64,000 bases of DNA from Lingula anatina. Lineage: Eukaryota > Animalia > Brachiopoda. Made by a program: the position numbers and the translations under genes. A model generated the notes under the pieces. That model did not search any database. It was not told where the DNA came from and saw nothing but the letters and a program-made list of their open reading frames with translations. The first letter of the stretch is position 1; each line of letters starts with the position of its first letter. The DNA lies in contig CM120644.1 of assembly GCA_051362555.1 (NCBI GenBank), positions 1,620,954-1,684,953 of the forward strand, read 5' to 3'. This document shows positions 55,379 through 61,300 of this stretch, in pieces.

Positions 55379-58300
55379 TGTGTGTGTGTACATGGGTGTG
55401 ATACGTAGTCTCACCTGTGTCTTCAATAATTCAAAAAGCACCCCAAGTTTCTTGGCCAAGATCTTGTGGTCTGAGCAGCCATTGCAGTACAGCATCATCT
55501 CCAGTATCTGGTGAGTATCAGGGTGGATCAGGGCACACGGACGCATCTGGAGCTGATCAGGAAAATAATTCATTTCATGCTCACACTCATTTTAGGTGTT
55601 AGGTTTCTGATAATGTTATTTGAAAAATACAAGGTATATATTAATGAAAAATGTATTCATGTAAATGTATCATCTTACCCTTAAATTATCAGGTATTTCA
55701 GCAAACCCCTTTCCTTCAGAGTTGACAGTCATGAAGCAGCCATAATTGGCATTGGCTTTGAGCAGTTTCCCATTGAATAACACATTCCCCAGAAACACTG
55801 GCCTGTGCACTGGCTCATGAAGCAGCACCTTGTAGTCTGGCTTGGGTTTGTATGGACGGTATGTGGCATGTTCTGGAACATTGGGAAGTATTCACAATGT
55901 GTAAACAAAGATAACTTGGTAAGTCATCAAAACTGAGCTAAATCAGTATTGTAAATGACATCACTGAGCACCCAAAGAAAAGAGAGCTCCTGTGCATGTG
56001 CTTTCTCTTTCTCTATTACTTTCATATAACCATTTTGAATTTGGCTGCCATATTGAATTTATTATTATTATTTTTTTTTTACATAGTGATGACAGCTGTG
56101 AACTATTTGTCAATGAATAAAACACTGAATCTCACTTAACACCCTTAAGTTTTTTATCTAGACTAAACTTTCCTAGAACTTACTCTAAACCAGAAAGCCA
56201 AAACCTGGTAAAAAGTTACACATTCTTTGCCATATATTTAATATCAAAACAAAACCAAAACCATAACTTTTCAACCAGTCCCTTAAGTCTTACCAACAAA
56301 CAGTGATGGTGGTTTGTTGCTTTTGTATAATTCAGACTCCTTGATCTCAATCTCTTTCTCTATGGAGTGTCTCCTCTCCCTCCTTGGCACCCAGGCCTCA
56401 CCAAAATAGGTAGACAGACCCTCATCCTGGGGGAATATAAGTATAAGAACTCTTAGAAAAAAAAACAAATGTTTATACGTTCTTATATTTGTTTGGGTTT
56501 TGATATGTATAAGGTAATGTCAGGATGGAATATGGGTGATGTTGGGTGATCTTTTTTTTTCTATACAAGTTGCAAGGAATTTAATTATTATCGAAATGCA
56601 AATCAGTTCTTAACTGTACAGGAATACACACTTTTGTCTTAAAATTGATACCTTGTCTTAAAATTTGTGCCTATAATGGTTATTTCAGTAGAAATACATC
56701 ATATCAAAGGGCAAACAAAAACCTGGATGTATTTGTGCTATACTATTTGAAAATGCTGAATAATCTAGGCAAGCTTTAATGAGGTTCTTTAGATATTAGG
56801 TAAATGATCCAGAAAACTTCTTAGAATGATACACAGTCACATGTATGTACAAGTCTAGAACTGTTTGTGCTTAACCTGACACTTGTTTTGTAGTATTCTT
56901 TAAAAGTTCTCTATAATAGAAAAGAGGGAAGAACAGTGATAATTTTAAAAGTTTACACAAACACAACAGGCTGTTTGTAAGCTGAAACATCATGCTTAAG
57001 CTTTGAGTTTAAAAGTTTCAATAAAATGTAGCAAATGAAAGCCATTTCCAACACAGGCTGAACATACATTTTTGAAAGTTTCAGAATGTTGAATTAACAC
57101 ATCAAGGACTTCCACTTGTATCAAAAATTTACATCAAAAATTGTTTTACCTGTTTAGATGATAGTAGCAACAAAGCACCAAACAAGACAAATGTTTTAAA
57201 TTAAAGTCACTCTTTCACAGGTCTTGTGAAGTGGTATTTATAGTGACTATGATAATGGATATGCACTGTCTATTAGAGTCACATGTTGTTGTGCTGAATA
57301 CAACTACATCTACCAGTATTAAACAATGGAAGCGATCTACACTGCCATTGATTTCTAAGTTTTAAAAGTGCTTTAAGTTACATTCTGTTCTTTCTACTGT
57401 ATAATTATGTAGTGTGCTGTCATGTGCTCTCAAACCCTTAGTCTATACATGTTCCAATGTACCGTAGCATTCCATTAGAAATTTACAATTATGTAAAAAA
57501 AAAAGAAAAAAAAAAATTCAGTTATTTTTAGAAAAAAATCTGTATTGCCTCTTGTTATTAACTAACAATTATTATTGTGAGTCATAATTTTGCTATTCTA
57601 CCTGTAATTCAAACACATAACTTCCATTATCAGCTACCAGTACTTACAGAACTGACATATATCAGTATTTTTTAAACTTTGTGCATAAAAACAGGACCTA
57701 ATACAGTTATTTGTTTATTGCACTCTCAAACCATGTGCCAAACCTTTAAAACCTCCACTGCAATAAAAATGCATGCAATTATGGAAGAAGACAAAAAACA
57801 TGATGTGTAAACTGGAAAAAAAGTCAATCAGACTCCACACAAATCTTTTCATGCAATGTAAGAACAGTGCCAACCGTCCACTCCCTGAGGCTCAGAGGGC
57901 TAGCAATGCCTCTCCCCCACCCAGTATACTGCCTCACTATGGGACCATTCCCACACATATTTGGATCGATCTATCTCCCTGCGAAGTCTCACTAAATTGC
58001 TATCGACTTAACTAGCTTAAATGTCTGTTACACCTAGTAAAGCTGTTAGGGGGTAGTTATCTTTACCCCTAGCTGATTCGGTAGGCGTAGCAGACATGTG
58101 AGCTGATAGCGATTAAGCGAGAACCTCCAGGGAGTTAGGTCGATCCAGATGGATCAATCTAAGTATGGGAACCCAGTCTAATATACTGTATAGAGGAGAG
58201 TCACTGAAGGTAGCCAGAACCCCAGGGTGTACCAATCAGAAGGTAATCAGTCATCAAACCACTACAGTGAAGTCAGTGTTTTACAACTATACCATCAGTC

Positions 58301-61300
58301 CTACTGGAACTCTGAAAACATAGGCTACCTCCTGAAGTAAGAGTATGACCACAGTAAGTTATTTATTATCAATAAACATGCAATATTGTACTTGTCTATA
58401 TTTTGTCTTGTTATTAAATGGTCACTTCAATGAAATGGTTTTACTTTTACTGTTTAATAGATTGAGCAAAATACGTTTATGTCCAATTACTAAGTAAAAC
58501 ATTGAAATGACCATCTAAATTTAAACAATATACAGTGTACATGCAATTGTAAGAATAACATGCAATGATACTCTATTATTGATGACCTGAAATAAAACTT
58601 GTAAAATTGAAAGAGGAATGAAAAAAGGAGAAAACAAAAGTATATCTAATATTTGTCTGATTACAAAGAAAGAAAAATAAATGATAGATTGAGAAGACAG
58701 TTAAACTTTGTTCATTTTCTTCACTGGCAATTTAAACATAATATCACAAGAAGCTATGAATTTGAAATAGATATTTTTACGGACAAATTGTCACTTCTAA
58801 TTCAATTAACCATATTGATCATATCCCACAGTGACTTACATTATATCCATGTGGCACCGTATTCTGTCTCTCTAGGTCCTCCTTAGTGTCTGCACTGGGT
58901 AATGAATGCAAGGTGGTCAGTGAGTTCCGCCTCACCACACGGCCGCCATGTGTCACGCTGCTGGAGCCCTCCTCCTTGTTCACAAATGTTTTCTGAAAAT
59001 TTTATAACACAGAAGAAAATTTACAACATGAAGGCATGAGAAATTAGCTTGTGGTAAAGTGAAAAAGTTCCCCTAGCAAGTATTCCAAGTTATAAAAGTA
59101 ACCAGTATGTTAGGCTGTTGACTGGACCTCCACTTGGTGGTGGAACATTAAACTACTGTGATCTTCACAGCATGGTTAACAGTGGAAACTGCCTTAATAG
59201 AGTTTTCCATTTAAACTATGAATTTGAATGTGACCTATTATAAAATTAATAGTCTCCTACATTCTTTTGTCACAAAAATTAAATAAAAATAAAAGAATAA
59301 ACAGATGACATAATAAATAATAATAATCAAATAAATGTCAACCAAGTATAGCCTGGCATCAACAGAATGATATATTTAATTCTATTACAATATTCAGACT
59401 ATTTTCTTTAAATACCTCTCAGTCTTAAATTTTCTTATAATTAATAAAGAGATGAAGAACAAAAATAGGTGCTACAGGAATATAAAAGGTAACTAGGTGG
59501 GACAACCTCAGAAGCTTAATATATAAAATGATCTCAGTTACAAGATATAAAATGGCAAGACATAAAGTGCTAGCAGGTAGTAGAAAGCAGTTGGACTGTT
59601 ACCATAATAATGCCAGCCAGATTATAAGCACTGCACTAGAAACACACAAGGTTGGTAATACATCTAAATCTTTGTCTAATTAGCATCAAATAATAGTAAA
59701 TAAGTTAAATTTAAACATGATAATAAATGGACATTGGTGACTAATTTTGGTCAAATTTGATTTTTCCTACATGAACAATTTATTTGAAAGATTACTCATA
59801 TTCTACCATACTACATTTAATCTGGGATACGGCACAGAGCAAATCATAAAGGTCAGTATAACAATTTGAGGACAAACAGTATTCACTAGGTTTAAAAAAC
59901 ATGTACTACAGGCATACACTTGACCTAAGCTCTTTGAAAGCAATTCTAAGTGAAGCTGACACAGTTGCTGCAGATGCTTATACAACGTTACAGTACCATT
60001 GGAGCTATCAGTTAAATATATGAACATCATCTAGTGCAGCTACTTCCACTACGCCAATGACTTATTCTAAATTTATTATTTTATAATTTGCTTCATGAAA
60101 AATTTGCCTAAAATTTATGAGCAAAAAAGGATCCCAGAATACATTACCTGTAGATATAGTCTATACTTTCTCCGTGTGCCTCTAGAGTTCTTATCATAGA
60201 AAATTTTCACTCCAAACTAATAAAACCAAAGCATTGTGAAAATAAGAAATAAGATGTGAAATAAAAGAAGGAAAATGTGAACTTAGTAACAAGTAAGTAA
60301 AGATATATCAGTAATTCAATCCATGCAAGTTATCTAGATATAATGTTAGTAGTATTAGATAAAGTGCTCTCCAGACTTTAACTTAGATAAAAGACTAGAA
60401 TTCAAAGAACTTATTCAGAAAAAACTACTAATATAATATAAGTTACACACTAATATCTTCAAACAACAGAAAGTTCTAAAATTAAAAACTTAAAAAAGAT
60501 ATTACAGTAACTACAAAATTAATGTTAATGCAAAACACATGCTTTAATAATAGCATAAAATTCTTTGTTACACTAAAACATTTTGTAAACATAAGCAGTG
60601 CAACAACAGAGGCATGCTTTATACATGCAATGCAATAATTATCCCCCTTTACAGTTAGAAGTATCTCTCTCTCTCACACACACACACAAACACACACACA
60701 CACTCTCTCTCTTTCTCTTCTAGGGGGATAGGATTAATTTAGGATTGAGCAGACCAATAAAGACCAGTTGTAAACTGTAAAACCAGATTATCTTGTGACA
60801 GAGGCTAGGGTTCAACCAAAATTTTATCTTTATCATCCTATTCACCGCTCTCTCCCCCCCCCCTCCTCCAAGCCCTTAATTACCTTGTCATATCTGGGTT
60901 GTCCTCTAATACCATACTGGTTATGACTGGAGGTACCCAGGCAGTGGAGAGCCCCCCCCCCCCCTCTCAACCCTCCCTCCCACCCTTACCTTGTCATATC
61001 TGGGTTGTCCTCTAATACCATACTGGTTATGACTGGAGGTACCCAGGCAGTGGAGAGCAGTCTTTAGATACTCTATCTGCTGGGCAAATACTGACATCAA
61101 ACCTGAAATCAGAAAAAAATTCTGGTAACTAATCTTTATATTTTGCCATGATGAAAGGAACATTGGCAAAAATAAAATAATAAAAAATAAATAAATGAAA
61201 AATGGTGTCTGAGCTGGTGCTAACTTCTTTCTTGCAATAACAATACCAGGAATGTCTGGTTGTATTTTAGATCAAGTATACTTTATATTTGGCCAAATAA

